A DNA stretch of 64,000 nucleotides from Paraspadella gotoi (taxonomy: Eukaryota > Animalia > Chaetognatha), in the NCBI GenBank assembly GCA_051294375.1, contig JBJCIZ010000239.1, positions 2,989,476 to 3,053,475 on the forward strand, read 5' to 3'. Of this stretch, positions 1 through 12,399 are shown piece after piece. Each line of letters opens with the position of its first letter. Position 1 is the first letter of the stretch. A program made the position numbers and the translations under genes. Below the pieces are notes generated by a model that ran no database searches, had not been told where the DNA came from, and saw nothing but the letters and a program-made list of their open reading frames with translations.

Positions 1-699
1 AAAATTTTGATGTTTTATTACTAAAAATTAGTAAAAAAACTGCTAAAATCATCAGATGATGATGATGATGATGATGATTTTTTAAGGTTTTTATCAATTT
101 AAACCCACGTATCATCAAAATATTGAAAAAAGAATTATACTTTGTGTAGATAACTTTTTATAAGCTATTTGAATTTGCTTTTAAAAATATAAAATTCAAA
201 AAAAATTTTTTTACATTTCCTATCTAAAAATAAATATTAAAAAATTAATTACTAATGCTTCTTGCCATTTTAGAAAATTTTGCTCCAATGAAAGTTTTCT
301 CAGAAATGTATGAAGTTTCACTTGGAAAGGTTCCCAAATCAAACTTCTGACCCACCCCATTGACGAAGTTTGGCTCTAATGAAGACGGTGTCAATTTTGG
401 ACAGAATACCCAGATACAAAATCTACATCTATTTATACAGAGCAAGTGGATCAGAGACGTGGGTAAATTTTACAGCCTCTTCGCTCATTGGCCGCTTCCA
501 TTTGAGTCTCGACCAATCAGAGAGCTCGATTCCATTCTGGTAATTTCTTCCCGAGCCTCCGATCCGGTTCCGTCTCTATATAAGAGAGCTCGATTCCATT
601 TCGGTGATTTCTCCCCGAGCTTCTGATCCGGTTCCATTTCTGTATCTCCTGTGATGGAATAAAAAATAGAGAAAAAAAGAATAAAAGAAAGAGTACCCA

Positions 700-1251
700 C
701 TCTAATTTCCACGAATTCCAGCATCTGTAGTAACGATTTGTTTTCGGAGGCGCTCATGTTCCAGCAAACGACGGCTCCCTCGCGAAAGAAGAAGACGTCA
801 CGCGAAGGCGAATCATCTTGACGGTAGAGGGCGCGCGCGTAGATGACGTTTGTCAACTCGTGGCCGAGATCCAGAGGCTCGTAAAGCCGTTTTTCCTTCC
901 ATCAAACACACAACGCGCCGTCGAGGAAAAAAGATTTTTTTTCTCGAATTTTCGTGACTGACGATCTTTGAAAGTTCAAACCTGCAACGACTGCAGCAGC
1001 TTGTCCATGTCAAACTCGGCGCCAAAAGCGTAGCCGACGACTGCCTTGTGGAAGGGAATCCCGTCGTTCTCGAGGATTCGCGGACGACCGGATCGGGAGA
1101 CGAGCCGCGTCAGCGGGAGGCTCGACAAGTGGTTCGGCTGGAACGCCTGATTCGAGACGGCTCGCGCTTTGGGAAGGTTTTCGCCGACGATTGTCGATTT
1201 TTGTAAATCGACGGGGGAAAAAAAACGACAAAGACGATATAGAGACTTCAT
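700..1251 (-). CDS. RMND1: RMND1/Sif2-family mitochondrial protein, 5' exons only (1251-983, 895-700); remainder not resolved, probably left of the window
   Basis: MTS-like N-terminus MKSLYRLCRFFS; motifs VVGYAFGAEFDM and RDVFFFREGAVVCWNM typical of DUF155/RMND1; GT-AG intron keeps the frame. Confidence 0.8.
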
Positions 1252-1468
1252 ATCTGTAGTAAAAATGGCACTGACAAGGATTACGAGTTGAAACATTGAG
1301 TGCTTAACAATGGTAGAAATCTTTATCATGGATTGAAACGTAACAATTATGAGTGATCGTGAGTTTTCCGAAAGTTCAATAAAAAAAATCAACAATAACA
1401 AAAATAATCAAATGAGATTTGTAATGAACAACTTTGTTTGTTCCAGTATAAAGAATTAAATTTTTTTT

Positions 1469-4114
1469 TTACTTGGGCCTTTTGAATGCTGCTTTTCCGG
1501 TAGATTTCGACGCGCCCTTTGCGGTCTTTGCTTTCTTGTTGTTGTTGCCTTTTAATCCATCTTCCGATTTACGTTTGTTGGCGGCGCTTGGACTTTGAAC
1601 TGTCTAAATTAATAAACGAAGCGGTATATTATTTAATCCTCAGACGAGTTAGTGTGGCAGACGCAAAAGTAAAAAAGTCGGGACATGAAAAATACCTTGA
1701 AAAATGAATCCATCCTCATTTGCGTTTGACCTCCTCTCGCTTTTGCCAATCGTTTGGAACTGGAGCGGATTCGATCTTCGCTGAAATTCTTTTCTTTGCA
1801 CATGAATTCCACTAAAGCCTCTTCGTCAGGCTCCGTCCACTGGTCACAGAAAAAATCAGGTTCACCAGTCACCGTGAATACTCCGCCCCCCCCCCAAAGT
1901 TTCACTTTCAAAAAAAACCTTTAAATCCAGCGAGGCGGCGTCGACGACGTCGGGTTCCTTGAAGAGTCGCCTCGCCTCCACGAAGAGCCAGTCTTCGGGC
2001 GCGGGGTATTTGGTCTGGTCGAGGTTCTTGACGATCGTCTCGATGTCGCCAAACTTGTTGATTAACTCCACGGCGCGTTTGTAGCCGACGCCCTTGATGG
2101 AGTCGGTGTAGTCGCAGCCGCAGAGGATGCAGAGGTCGATGAACTGATCCATCGTCAGATCGAGCTCGCTCAAAAGTTTTTGCAAATTCAACTCTTTGAT
2201 CGGAAGCTTTTTCGCCTCTGAAGTGAGAAAAAAAAAATATCACCGGATTTTTTTAGATTTAATTTTATAAAACTACGCCTCATCCTCGGATTCTACACTG
2301 CGGCTTAAAAAAAGGTAGCCTATTATTTCTTTTTTCATTTAAAAAAAAATTACTATAAGTATAACTTTTTTAGAATTGATTCTTATTGTTTTTTTTTTGT
2401 TTTTTTTTTCTGAAAAGAAAACAGAGCAAACAAATAATTGCGGGAATGGTTCTTATTGATTAAGAAAAAAAATTTCTTCTTTTTTATACCAATCGATTTT
2501 GACGTCCTATAACTTTCGACTCCTTTGCTCAATTTTATTGGGACGAGGACCAATTGCTTCATCTTTCAATAAGCTTTGTTTTATATTTCTATATCTTTGT
2601 ATAATTCAGCCATCCAACACGGTTTTTTTTTCGACGCGAAAAAGTGGCTACTTTTTTTTTTTGCGCCGCAGTGTACTATTAATTACAACATAAGAACAAT
2701 TTTTAATTGTTTAAATTTTAATTAATTAATTTTATTTAATTAACTGTTTTTTTTTCTCTCTATTTTATGTTTTTTGCTTAGACTTAGTCTGTCTTTGTTT
2801 GTTTGTTGATGATGATTGTACTGAATCAACCTCGTTGTATTCGAATAAAATCGCATATTAATAAAAAAATGTTTAAAAGAAAATTCTCTCACCACTCGCC
2901 GTCAAATGCCTCAAAACGACGGTGGAGCCGAAAGTGAGGGAATCCATATCCTCGGACGCCGTGGCGAAGACTTTTTCAGCTTTGACCAAAGCGGCGCAAG
3001 AAGCTTCCGCTTCACCGGGCGCCTCCACGTAAGGAATGCCCATCAATCTAGAAAAAATAAGACAAGATTAGGGAAATGAACGGGCGATTCTAATTAAAGA
3101 AAAAATAATATATTTTGATTAATAACTTTTTAACCAAAAGTCGGAGAAAGTTGGGAGTGGTCTTAAATTAAAGCTCTCGGTTTACTGATATCGTTTGACA
3201 TATAGATGTTTGAATTGAGTCTATATTTTGCAAAATTAGTACAAAAATTATCAAATTTTCTCAAAAATTAACTTACCAACTTCAACTGCAATTTAAAAAA
3301 AAAACTGAGTTTGGACAAATTTTTTCGACTTAGCCTAAGCTCTTGTCCAGACAGCAACCTTTCATGTTTTTATCATTCCAGAGATGGTATATTTCCATTT
3401 TCTTTTTCCTCCTATAAAAAGAACCGTGTCTATTTATATATTCCTACTTGAGCAACTTTTTCGCCTCTTCATTGTGCTTGCTCGTGACCCGAACCAAGCG
3501 CTTGTTGAACTTTTCCACGTCTTCCGCGGCGCCCTGCTCCTCGGCCTTCTTCAAGTCGGCCTCGGCCTTTTCCCGCGCCTCTTTACGCTTCTCCAATTCG
3601 CCAGATTTGAGTTCGGGGGGTTTTCCGTCGAACACGTAAACCGGTTTGATTCCGTTTTCCACCATCCTGATCCGAGAATAAAAGAGACTCTCAATTTATT
3701 CTCCTCGTTTTCATTCGCCTCTTTTACTCTTTATGGAGCTCTCCAAAAATACTCCGACACATTTTCTGTTAACATTTTTTGATTTTTTTTTCTTTTTTTT
3801 TTTAGGTTTATCCTCAGACACGCCGACCGATAAGCATTTTATCCGGTAGCGTCACAAAACGACTTCTTCAACCACCCCACTCCAAAAAAAACCCGCCTGA
3901 TAGTTCTGTAAAAAAGTCCGACCAAGTGGCTGGTGGTTTCGCCCTCGTCGTCGGTCAACATATTGCCATCGGCGCGGACGGCGATGAGGAACTGGTAAAG
4001 ACTCATCGATGCATCGATAGCGACCTTGCGGCCGAAGTAGTTTTTTATCTCGCACTCCTTGATGGCGGAAGGGGCGAAGTCGCCCATCAACTTCATCAAG
4101 TTGTGAATTCCCAT
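1469..4114 (-). CDS. FEN1: Flap endonuclease 1, multi-exon
   Basis: MGIHNLMKL...[45 protein letters not shown] box QMRMDSFF, basic tail ending AFKRPK*; first intron (3667-3896) is GC-AG. Confidence 0.97.
2296..2673. mobile_element. MITE in a FEN1 intron
   Basis: Terminal inverted repeats CACTGCGGC...GCCGCAGTG flanked by TA on both sides; no coding capacity. Confidence 0.7.
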
Positions 4115-4651
4115 GACGTGGAGGGAGAAGGAAATTCCGTGAGAACAATAAATTTAACTTAGGAAAATAAAAATAGAGTATATGTAAAATTTAAAAAAAC
4201 AAAAACAAAAAAAACTAAGCTGCTGAAAAGATTTTGAAATGGTTCAAAATAGGACTGGGGGGAAAAGAATCTGCCTGAAAAGCATTCGTGATTCAAGTCA
4301 CGACATGTTCATTAGATTTTTTTCCCCCCTACATTATCAGATTCATCGTTGGAATAAAAAAAAAAATCAAAACAGGTGAGCAAAAAATGAAACTATTTTT
4401 GCTGTCAATGTATAAATAGTATTCAGTACGAAAGTTTAATACCTTCGCGAGATATTATAACTTGAATTTAAAAATTAAAAAAAAAATATTGGTAAAATTC
4501 GGCATTTCTAATTTATAAAATCAATAGCAATTTTACAGGTGTAAAAAATTAATAAAAAGAAAAACTAATTTCATTCAATAAAACCCTCTCACGATTATAC
4601 CTTCGTCCCAGCTCGAACAGACGAAAAGAGAGGATAAAAAAAATTGACATT

Positions 4652-6070
4652 TCAACCGCAAAAGTATTTAGGATCCCCTCGCATCTTCTTTCGCGATTCC
4701 AGGTCTTCGAAGAATTCCCGGATGTCCTCCGCCCGAACCACCTTCCCGTTTTCCGCGAACTTTTTCAAATATTCCTGCAAATTGGCCTTCATGTCGCAGT
4801 AACCCGCGACGAGTTCGCCTTGTTGAAATCTGGAGGCAAAGAAAATTGCAAAAAATTGCAAACAATTTCTTGGGATTTCTACCTCAAAACGTCTTGGGAT
4901 CCTAAATCGCCTTTGGAATTGGATATCGCAAAGTAAGTCGATGACCTCACCTATCCATTCCCCCGATGATATTCCCCAGCGCCGCTTCTCCGTCGACGGC
5001 GTCCCCGCCAGCGCCGCTTTCGTAAGCTTCCACCGAGTCGCTCGCGAGGGTGAGACGCGCGACGCCCCGATCCTTATACATCTGGCGGCAATCGTCGCAG
5101 TGACACAAAGACTCGCGCCATCCCGCGGGAAAGAAAATGGCACCGATTGTCGAGGCCTTTTCTTTTTCTTCTAACTTTTTTTTCCAATTTGACAAGATGC
5201 ACTTTTCATCTTTCTCGGTTAAATCGAGTTTGTTCTCATTCCCGACCTCTGTCCCAACGGCTTTGTCCTTATTACCCTCTTCGACGGCTTTGTCCTTATC
5301 CTCCGCCTCCATTTCTACCAAACACCGCGAGTAGATCTTTAAAAAATTGTGCTCGCCGGCGCAGAGTTGACAGACCATTTCGTGATAGTGTTCGGGAACA
5401 GGAGCGGTCAAGTGTCGCCCGTGGTACCAATCCTCGCAGACGACGCACTGGATCATCTCATCCTCGACGTCGTCATCCGGGTCGGGATAAGGGCGATGAC
5501 AAATACAGTAGACCCCGTCGTAATTTTGGTTGTAGACATTTTCCTCGTTACGGCGCGCTTGTTGAACAAAGAGGGGCGATTTAGTGATAAATTCTCGACG
5601 GAGCAACTATCGAGTTTATTTAACCTTTGCTGTCATTGAGTTTGCACTCCAAGTCGGGGAATTTGTCGTTGCCGCAGTCGCACCTGAAGTCGCGCTTCGT
5701 GTAGAGTTCTACGAGTTCGTGTCCGTCGTGACAGGCATAGCTACAGGCGAGACAGACGCCGGCGCGGGATTCAGAGTTCTGCGGCGTCGAGGTAATTAAA
5801 TAATTATATATGGAGTTTTAAATTAATTAAAAAGCATAATAAAACCAAAAATTTTAAGCGTCCAACCGTCGAATCTCCCCTGCATGTTTTGCAGGCGTAT
5901 AGCGCCTGTCGCCCGACGTAGCCTTTATCGTAAGAGCAGACGTTGTGATCGCTGTTTCCCAGGACCGCCCTCGCGTCTTCTTCCCTGTCACGCAACTCTT
6001 GATTTTCCCGCACGATGTCGTCCAAGGAAACTGTCTCTTCCGTAGAAACCTCTTCCCTTTCAGAGCTCAT
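4652..6070 (-). CDS. UBR7: UBR-box/PHD E3 ubiquitin ligase UBR7 (4 exons)
   Basis: CSYDKGYVGRQALYAC, GVCLACSY...ELYTKRDFRCDCGN, YNQNYDGVYCICHRPYPD, EMIQCVVCEDWYH, VVRAEDIREFFEDL. Confidence 0.95.
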
Positions 6071-7103
6071 GGTTAGCGAGGGGAATGGGGGCTTGTCTCT
6101 AAACTTAAAGATGACTGAACGTCAAAATCAAGAATCAAAAGAGTGTGGGTAGGAGGACGGGCGAGCAGGTGCTAACCCTGATTGAATAAAAATTTGCTTC
6201 GATCTAGAGACCAATTCGCGCTTGACTGAAGTCTTTCTTTTTTTCCTAACACCGTCTAAAACGACCAAATTCTGAAAGAATTTCGAAGAATGATGCATTA
6301 AATGATGAATAATAACAAATTTTACATTAGAGCTATGAATGTACACAGTCGTATGTATAGCATAAAAATTATAAATGTAAATTTTGATTAAAACAAAATT
6401 GTGGCAACTTAAAATATTTTAATAAAAAATATGTTACAAAACAAATTATTTCAAACTTATCCTCGCAGGAAGATCAGGACCATCCATCCATTTTCACAAA
6501 TAACAATTTGTCTCAACAACCTATAGTTATCGTTATCAACAAAAACAATGGCATAAAACTGGAAAAATGTGAATTGTCTAAATCAACTAACATGAAAAGT
6601 AAAAGCAACAAGAGTTTATATTTCCCATAATATAAATTTAGTAATTTTACATACAAATACTATGAAGACAATATTAGGTGTTAAACTCGTTGAACACATT
6701 AATTATGAAATGTTTCTTCGTGCTCTTCGTTCTACAATATACATAGTTTATTTAAAATTTAATCATTTATAAGCCAAGTTGCGACAGCCAAACGCAGGGA
6801 ACGCATTAATTTTTGAAAAAAAAAAAAATCCTCACAGTTAATATTTTGAGCATCCGAAAAACTGGGAACAATGTTGGAGCGTGTGCTTTTTAAAAACAGT
6901 TTTGTATAAAAGAGCTGATAAAATATGGACTGCATGATGAAAGTTTGGATGCAGAAATGCGAATGCCTTAATCATGATCGATGTGAGATAAACCAAAAAA
7001 AAATTAATTAGGGTAAATACAACCAGACTTATGAAGCCTACTTGTCATTAAAATTCTAAAAAAAACATGCGGATGCTCAAAAAAAAAAAGAAAGAAAAAG
7101 ATT

Positions 7104-9017
7104 TTAGTATCTATACAAGGGGGGCGGATTTAAAGGCGGTGGATTAAGAACCAGAGGATGTTGGAGATTATGTAATAATTGTTGAGGTTGGTTGAGAGGA
7201 AGAGCCAACGACTGAATTTGGGCTTGGGAGATTTGCGGTTGATGAGGATTCGTTATGACGGGGCGGATGATGGGTCCGTTATGTTGTTGCGGCTGAATCT
7301 GCACTTGAACCGTTTGCGTCTGCGGCGGCGCCTGCTGAACTTGAGGCTGAGAGATCGTCTGCTGGTGTTGCTGGGGTTGTTGTTGTTGTTGCTGTTGTTG
7401 GGGATGCGCGATTTGTACGGCTTGCTGGCCCTGCTCGCGCTTTTTGGCGAGGTATCGCCTCATGTACTCTCGATTCATCTTCTTCTGCTGCTCGCGTTGC
7501 TCCTCGGAGAGGTTGGCGCGCTGTTTCCGACTGCGTTCCTTACGTTTGGCTCTGATGATTTCCGCTCTAGACGGATTGTGGATGGCGGCGTGGTTTCTCA
7601 GATCGGACGGCCGCCCGTAAGTTTTGTGACAGACTTTACAGGTGAAAGTTTTACCCATGTGGATTTCCTTGTGCGTCCGCAAACTGCTGTAACTCAAATA
7701 GCTCTTGTGACAAACGGGGCACTCGTACTTTCGCTCTCGATTTTCGGGTTTTTCGTGAGAGGCCGCGTGAAGTTCCATTCCTTGTTTCGTGGCGAAAGAT
7801 TTGCCGCACTTGGAACAAACGAAGGTGTGGTGGTTGATCATGACGTGATAACTGAGAGAATTTTTAAAGGCGAATTTTTCACCACACAATTCACAAGGGT
7901 GAATCTTTTCCTCGGGCGCCGCCTCCTTTTCCTTCACTAGCAAGAAATACTTTTTCGAATCCTTGCTGATTCCTCCGGTGTGAATGTTTTCGTGATTGGT
8001 CAGCGTGCGCTTGTTCTTGCAAGCTCGCCCGCAGAAACGACAAACGAGTCCGGTCTCGGTGTGGGTTCGTTTGTGGGACGTGTAGCTGGAGAGCGATTGA
8101 TATTCGGCGCCGCAAACTCCGCACTTGTAAGGTTTGATGCCGGTGTGGACGTAGGAATGTTCCGTCAATTGGTACTTTTCGTAGAATCCCTCGCCGCAGT
8201 TGGGGCAGATGTGATTCTTGGGACGGTTGTGGAGGCGAATGTGCTTCCACAACTTGTTTTTGTCGGAGAAGATTTTGCTGCAAATGTGGCACGAAAGATC
8301 TTCGATACCCTTCGCAACGATGTTGGTGGTTCCGGGCACGGAGGTAGGCATGCTCAGCCCGTTTCCGTAAAGGGGCTTGGGGAGGATTTTGGGCAGAACC
8401 TTGGGAACGGTGACGGGAGGCGTGTTGAGGGTCCCGGCGGGCGGTTTCCCTCCGGGAGGGACGATGATGAGATTTGGCAAAATCTTGACGACTTTGTCCT
8501 CGTCTTTTTTCGCTTCCTCCTCCTCATCCTTGGCTTTCGTTTTCTTCGCTTTCTTAAACTTCTTTCCTCCTGGTTTCGTTTCCTCCACTTTGGGCGTGTC
8601 GTCGTCGTCCGCCTCCGGCTCAGTCTCCAATCCCTTTCTTGCTGCAACCTCCGACGTTATCGTTGTCACCGTTGTCGCAGGGGCCATGGTGGGCGCCGAA
8701 GCCGTCGATGATGCGAGCGCCGTCGCCGCCGCAGCTGAGGGTTGCGAGACCGGGGGTTTGAGTTCCTTTTGTGCAACGGCGAGAGCCTTTTGAAACTTAA
8801 GAAAGAGACCCTCCACCAACGTGGTCATGGCTTCCTGGCCAAAGTCCTCGAAGTGCTGGCAATTGGTGAGCTCGGCCAGTGACTTCAGGTAGTCCGTGTC
8901 GCAGTCGTAAAGCCCCATGTTCTCCTGCCACGAATAGAGTTCCTGATATGCCAAGAATTTTTTGGTTTCCTTTAACAGAACGACTTCCGCCGGGAGACAA
9001 CGCTCTATGGCGTCCAT
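7104..9017 (-). CDS. Intronless C2H2 zinc-finger protein (8 fingers, Q-rich tail), 637 aa
   Basis: Eight CxxC-x12-Hxxx(x)H units with an HTGIKPY linker; single open ORF. Confidence 0.9.
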   Translation of the reverse strand: MDAIERCLPAEVVLLKETKKFLAYQELYSWQENMGLYDCDTDYLKSLAELTNCQHFEDFGQEAMTTLVEGLFLKFQKALAVAQKELKPPVSQPSAAAATALASSTASAPTMAPATTVTTITSEVAARKGLETEPEADDDDTPKVEETKPGGKKFKKAKKTKAKDEEEEAKKDEDKVVKILPNLIIVPPGGKPPAGTLNTPPVTVPKVLPKILPKPLYGNGLSMPTSVPGTTNIVAKGIEDLSCHICSKIFSDKNKLWKHIRLHNRPKNHICPNCGEGFYEKYQLTEHSYVHTGIKPYKCGVCGAEYQSLSSYTSHKRTHTETGLVCRFCGRACKNKRTLTNHENIHTGGISKDSKKYFLLVKEKEAAPEEKIHPCELCGEKFAFKNSLSYHVMINHHTFVCSKCGKSFATKQGMELHAASHEKPENRERKYECPVCHKSYLSYSSLRTHKEIHMGKTFTCKVCHKTYGRPSDLRNHAAIHNPSRAEIIRAKRKERSRKQRANLSEEQREQQKKMNREYMRRYLAKKREQGQQAVQIAHPQQQQQQQQPQQHQQTISQPQVQQAPPQTQTVQVQIQPQQHNGPIIRPVITNPHQPQISQAQIQSLALPLNQPQQLLHNLQHPLVLNPPPLNPPPLYRY

Positions 9018-9174
9018 CTCCGCAAGCAGGGATCAAAAAGGCAATCTTAATCTGAGAAAAAATAATAATACTCAAAAAAATCATAGGAATGGCATAAACG
9101 ACTGACAACGGAGTAAAAGTAAAGAAGTTTGTATAAACTAACAAAGTAAATATACTCTAGTTTTCTTGCTTATA

Positions 9175-9803
9175 TCACAATTCGGTTTTCTTGGGTTCGG
9201 ATTCTTCAAAACCCTTTCCCTTCCATGTTTGTTGATCGATGGTGACCTCCCGGCATCTGTCTTGCTTAATCAGAAAGTTCTTGACCTCGTAGCAATTGCT
9301 CCCGTCCTTCACCATGAAGATGGCGCGATTCGACTCGATCATGTAGCGTTGCACCTCAAAATTGGCGTTGAACAAAGACGATTGCCAGAGAGCGGTTATT
9401 TCGGATGATTCCTGGAGATTTAAGTAAGTTGAATAACAATTAAGAAAATGAAACCTCGAGAATTTAATTTAAGCAAAAGGGAAATTGCCTTTTCAGAGGG
9501 GTTTCCCGACACGGATACGAAAACCATGGTTGGTTTTCCGCTCTTGCTGAGTCTCATGATGCTTTCAGGATCGGACGCGTCGAGCTTGCTCATATCGATC
9601 GGCTTGGGTTTCTTAAGGTATTCTGGTTTTTCGTCCTCGGGTAACTCCTCCTCATCCTCCTCCCATTGGTCGTAGAGGCGTTCCATGTCGGCGTCGGTGT
9701 AGTCGCGAATGTCCTTTTTCGGAACAACTTTTTCCTTTTTTGTTTCTTGAGCCAATGTTAAGGAGACGAGAAGGAAAAAGGACAGGAGATACGGATTCCA
9801 CAT
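9175..9803 (-). CDS. MESD: LRP chaperone MESD/Boca (2 exons)
   Basis: Signal peptide, KKDIRDYTDADMERLYDQWEE, WQSSLFNAN, C-terminal KTEL ER-retention signal; GC-AG intron 9412-9488. Confidence 0.95.
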
Positions 9804-9833
9804 TTCCTTTTTGTTGGAAAGAATTCTCTCTAG

Positions 9834-9840
9834 CTGAAAA
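9834..9840 (-). promoter_or_regulatory. Candidate trans-splice acceptor (TTTTCAG) between the RPAP2 stop and the MESD ATG; representative of similar sites before most genes
   Basis: U-rich tract plus TTTTCAG about 30 nt upstream of the ATG and about 55 nt after the upstream stop, leaving no room for a promoter. Confidence 0.55.
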
Positions 9841-9892
9841 AACGATAACCAAAGTGAAGAAAAATGAAGAAAAAACTACATCACGGCCGAAG

Positions 9893-11912
9893 CTATGCAC
9901 TGTGGGGCAAAGCGCCTCCGATCTGACGAGGATCAGTCAACAAAGCGACGATGTTGTCGGCGTCAACGAGTTTAACACCAATCTCGTCCAAAGCCGACCC
10001 GAGGACGGCCACGGATTTTTTGCTGTGAATTTCCCGCCAAATTCTTTCGTCGCGAATCGACGCCATTTTGAGAAGCAAGACGGCGACGACGGCCCATTGG
10101 CCAGGACGGAGAACGATCGTGTGGCTGTCGAGGTGGAAGGTATCGACGAGGCCGCGCAGCTCGTCAACCACGTCGTCGACGGTTAAGTTTAAAGAAGCAC
10201 AGACGTCGGGGATGGCGATGAGCAGACGGTCCATCACCAGGTTTCGTCTAAAAATAAGATAATAACATGGCAGGAACCCTAACTAAAAACGACACCGGTC
10301 AATCGTTTTCTTATTATTCACCTTATTGCCATCTGTGAATGCCGATCCGTCAAAGGAAGAGGAATCGTCTCATCTTTCTCATTCTTTTTCTTTTCCTCTA
10401 CGACCGCTACTTCGCAGGGAATCATAAAGCTCCCTTTAAAGAACTCCTTGACCTTCTCCGAGTTGACGAGTTCATCTTCCTTCAATCGCTCATAATCCGG
10501 CAAGGGTCGGCGACGACCCCGACTCGCGTCTCCGTTCTGGTCGTCGACTCGATTCTCGGCGCGCCGTTCCTCGACGTCAATTTTTCGTACCGCGCGGTCG
10601 AAGCGATCGCCGCCGAGATCGGGTTCCGTCGCGGGTTCTAGACCGAGTCTTTCGGACCAGAGACGATGGACTGTTGCGCGAGTGACCCACGAGCGGAGGG
10701 AATTCCAGATTGGGTCGAGGACATGCGAATCGGGTTTTTGGCGGTTTTTCGACGGAGATTCATCGGAAAACGTCACTTTTTTGACGGAAGAACTTTTTTT
10801 CGCGTTTATCGTATCGGAGGAAACGTCGATCTTCTTTTGAGTTTCAATTTGGCAATCGTTCGACTTTTGGCCAGGATTTGGTGTTGAGGCATTGTGTGTG
10901 GATTGGTCGTCGACGACCGTTTGGCCAGTGTAACTCGTTTGTCTATCGCCCAACGATTGCCATCGTCCTCCGTCAAGGCGACGCTTTCGATTTTCTTCGC
11001 CAGTTCCTGTTCCTGATCGAAGAGAAGAAACTTTATCGCCTCCGTCTTAGCATCTCCGACGAGGCGCTGGAAGGGCGAATCTTTGGCTCCATCTTTCTCG
11101 ATTTTTTCGAGCCGCTCGTCCGTGGGNNNNNNNNNNCTCCATCTTTCTCGATGTTTTCGCGCCGCTCGTCCGTGGGATTCCAATGGGGTGAGACTTTGAC
11201 GAAGCCGTCGAGGTCGTCTTTAGCGTCTTCGCTCCGAAGCAGCGTCACCGAAACAACGTCGCCGTCTTTGCGAGTCCAAAGCGGATCCGAGGGAATCTGA
11301 CGAAATCCAGATGGAACTAGTTTGAGAAGATGTTACTCGTTACTTGGCGGAGCGTTCAAATAACATCGAGATCATTACGTACCTGCTTGGCGTAAAATAT
11401 TGACGCTTTGTAGCAATGAATCGAACAAAAGTTTTCTCGATCGGAGACGTCAAAGACGGTGTTCGTTTTGGTCGAAATGTGGTATTTTTGAGAAGAGGTC
11501 TTCGTCTCTATCTCCAAGGGACAGAGTGGATAACTAAACGAGTAAACGTTCGTAAAATAAGTCTTTTTTTTTTTCAATTAAACCATCAGAAAAAAAAAAT
11601 GTAATAACGAACCCGCAAAGACTTGCTATGCTTCTCTCGACGGTGATATCATGATAGTAATCTGGGTTAATGAGGTTGATACACTCTTTGAAGTATTGCT
11701 CATCGACGCTCGGGGTCTCCAGCATTCGATGAACGACAGCAATGGCTTTTCGCTCGCTCTCTCGCTTTTTTTCGAATTCCGCCTTTAAAAAAAGATTTAA
11801 AACAAAAGATAGCATGATTCCGATTTGCTAAAAGGCAAAGAGAATCACAAAATACGATATGAATTACCTTGACATTGTCCTTTATTTGTTGGAGACGCTC
11901 ATCTGAACCCAT
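9893..11912 (-). CDS. RPAP2: RNA polymerase II CTD phosphatase RPAP2/Rtr1 (contains an N gap)
   Basis: YHDITVERSIASLCGYPLC, KYHISTKTNTVFDVSDRENFCSIHCYKAS zinc finger; C-terminal LPLTDRHSQMAIRR and LVDTFHL. Confidence 0.92.
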
Positions 11913-12399
11913 CGTTTAAAAAAGTTTGAAACTTAAAAAAAAAAAAAAAAAATCTTAAGACGCGGTGACTCGAAACATCCACCCGTTTGATACACGAAAA
12001 ATGTATCGAATACTAAATTACATAATATTAAACTAAAGCATGGGCGATTTTCCTCCGAAAGATCGAATCATAAAGCGGACTAGATAAATATAAAAGAATA
12101 AAGTCGTAATCAAATACCGAGTAAACTTGGCGAAATTATCATGTTCAAAAAAATAATTGGCGTCCATGGTTCATACGTTAAAACGATACATCAAGAAGTA
12201 CTAGAGAAAATAACACGTTATCTTCTTAGGATCCACGTATTCTGACTCAAGGAGAGGTCCTTTCAAAAATGGAATGGTAAGTATACGAATCCAGGAGCGA
12301 AATTGATCACTTTGCGATCCAGTTCATTTTTTTTTGGATCCAACAAAATCTGCGTCGATGTCGTCCTTCGTCGAGACCGTCTTTCAAATCGACGACTTC

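Noticed and set aside
7179-8793. Long plus-strand ORFs (253, 243, 138 aa; also 12334-13242, 302 aa)
   Set aside because: Antisense shadows of GC-rich minus-strand exons with no recognisable domains; no plus-strand gene is supported anywhere in the window
11089-11180. Repeated PTDER-E-IEKDG unit in RPAP2 with apparent frame change
   Set aside because: Spans a 10-N gap, so copy number and frame are assembly-dependent
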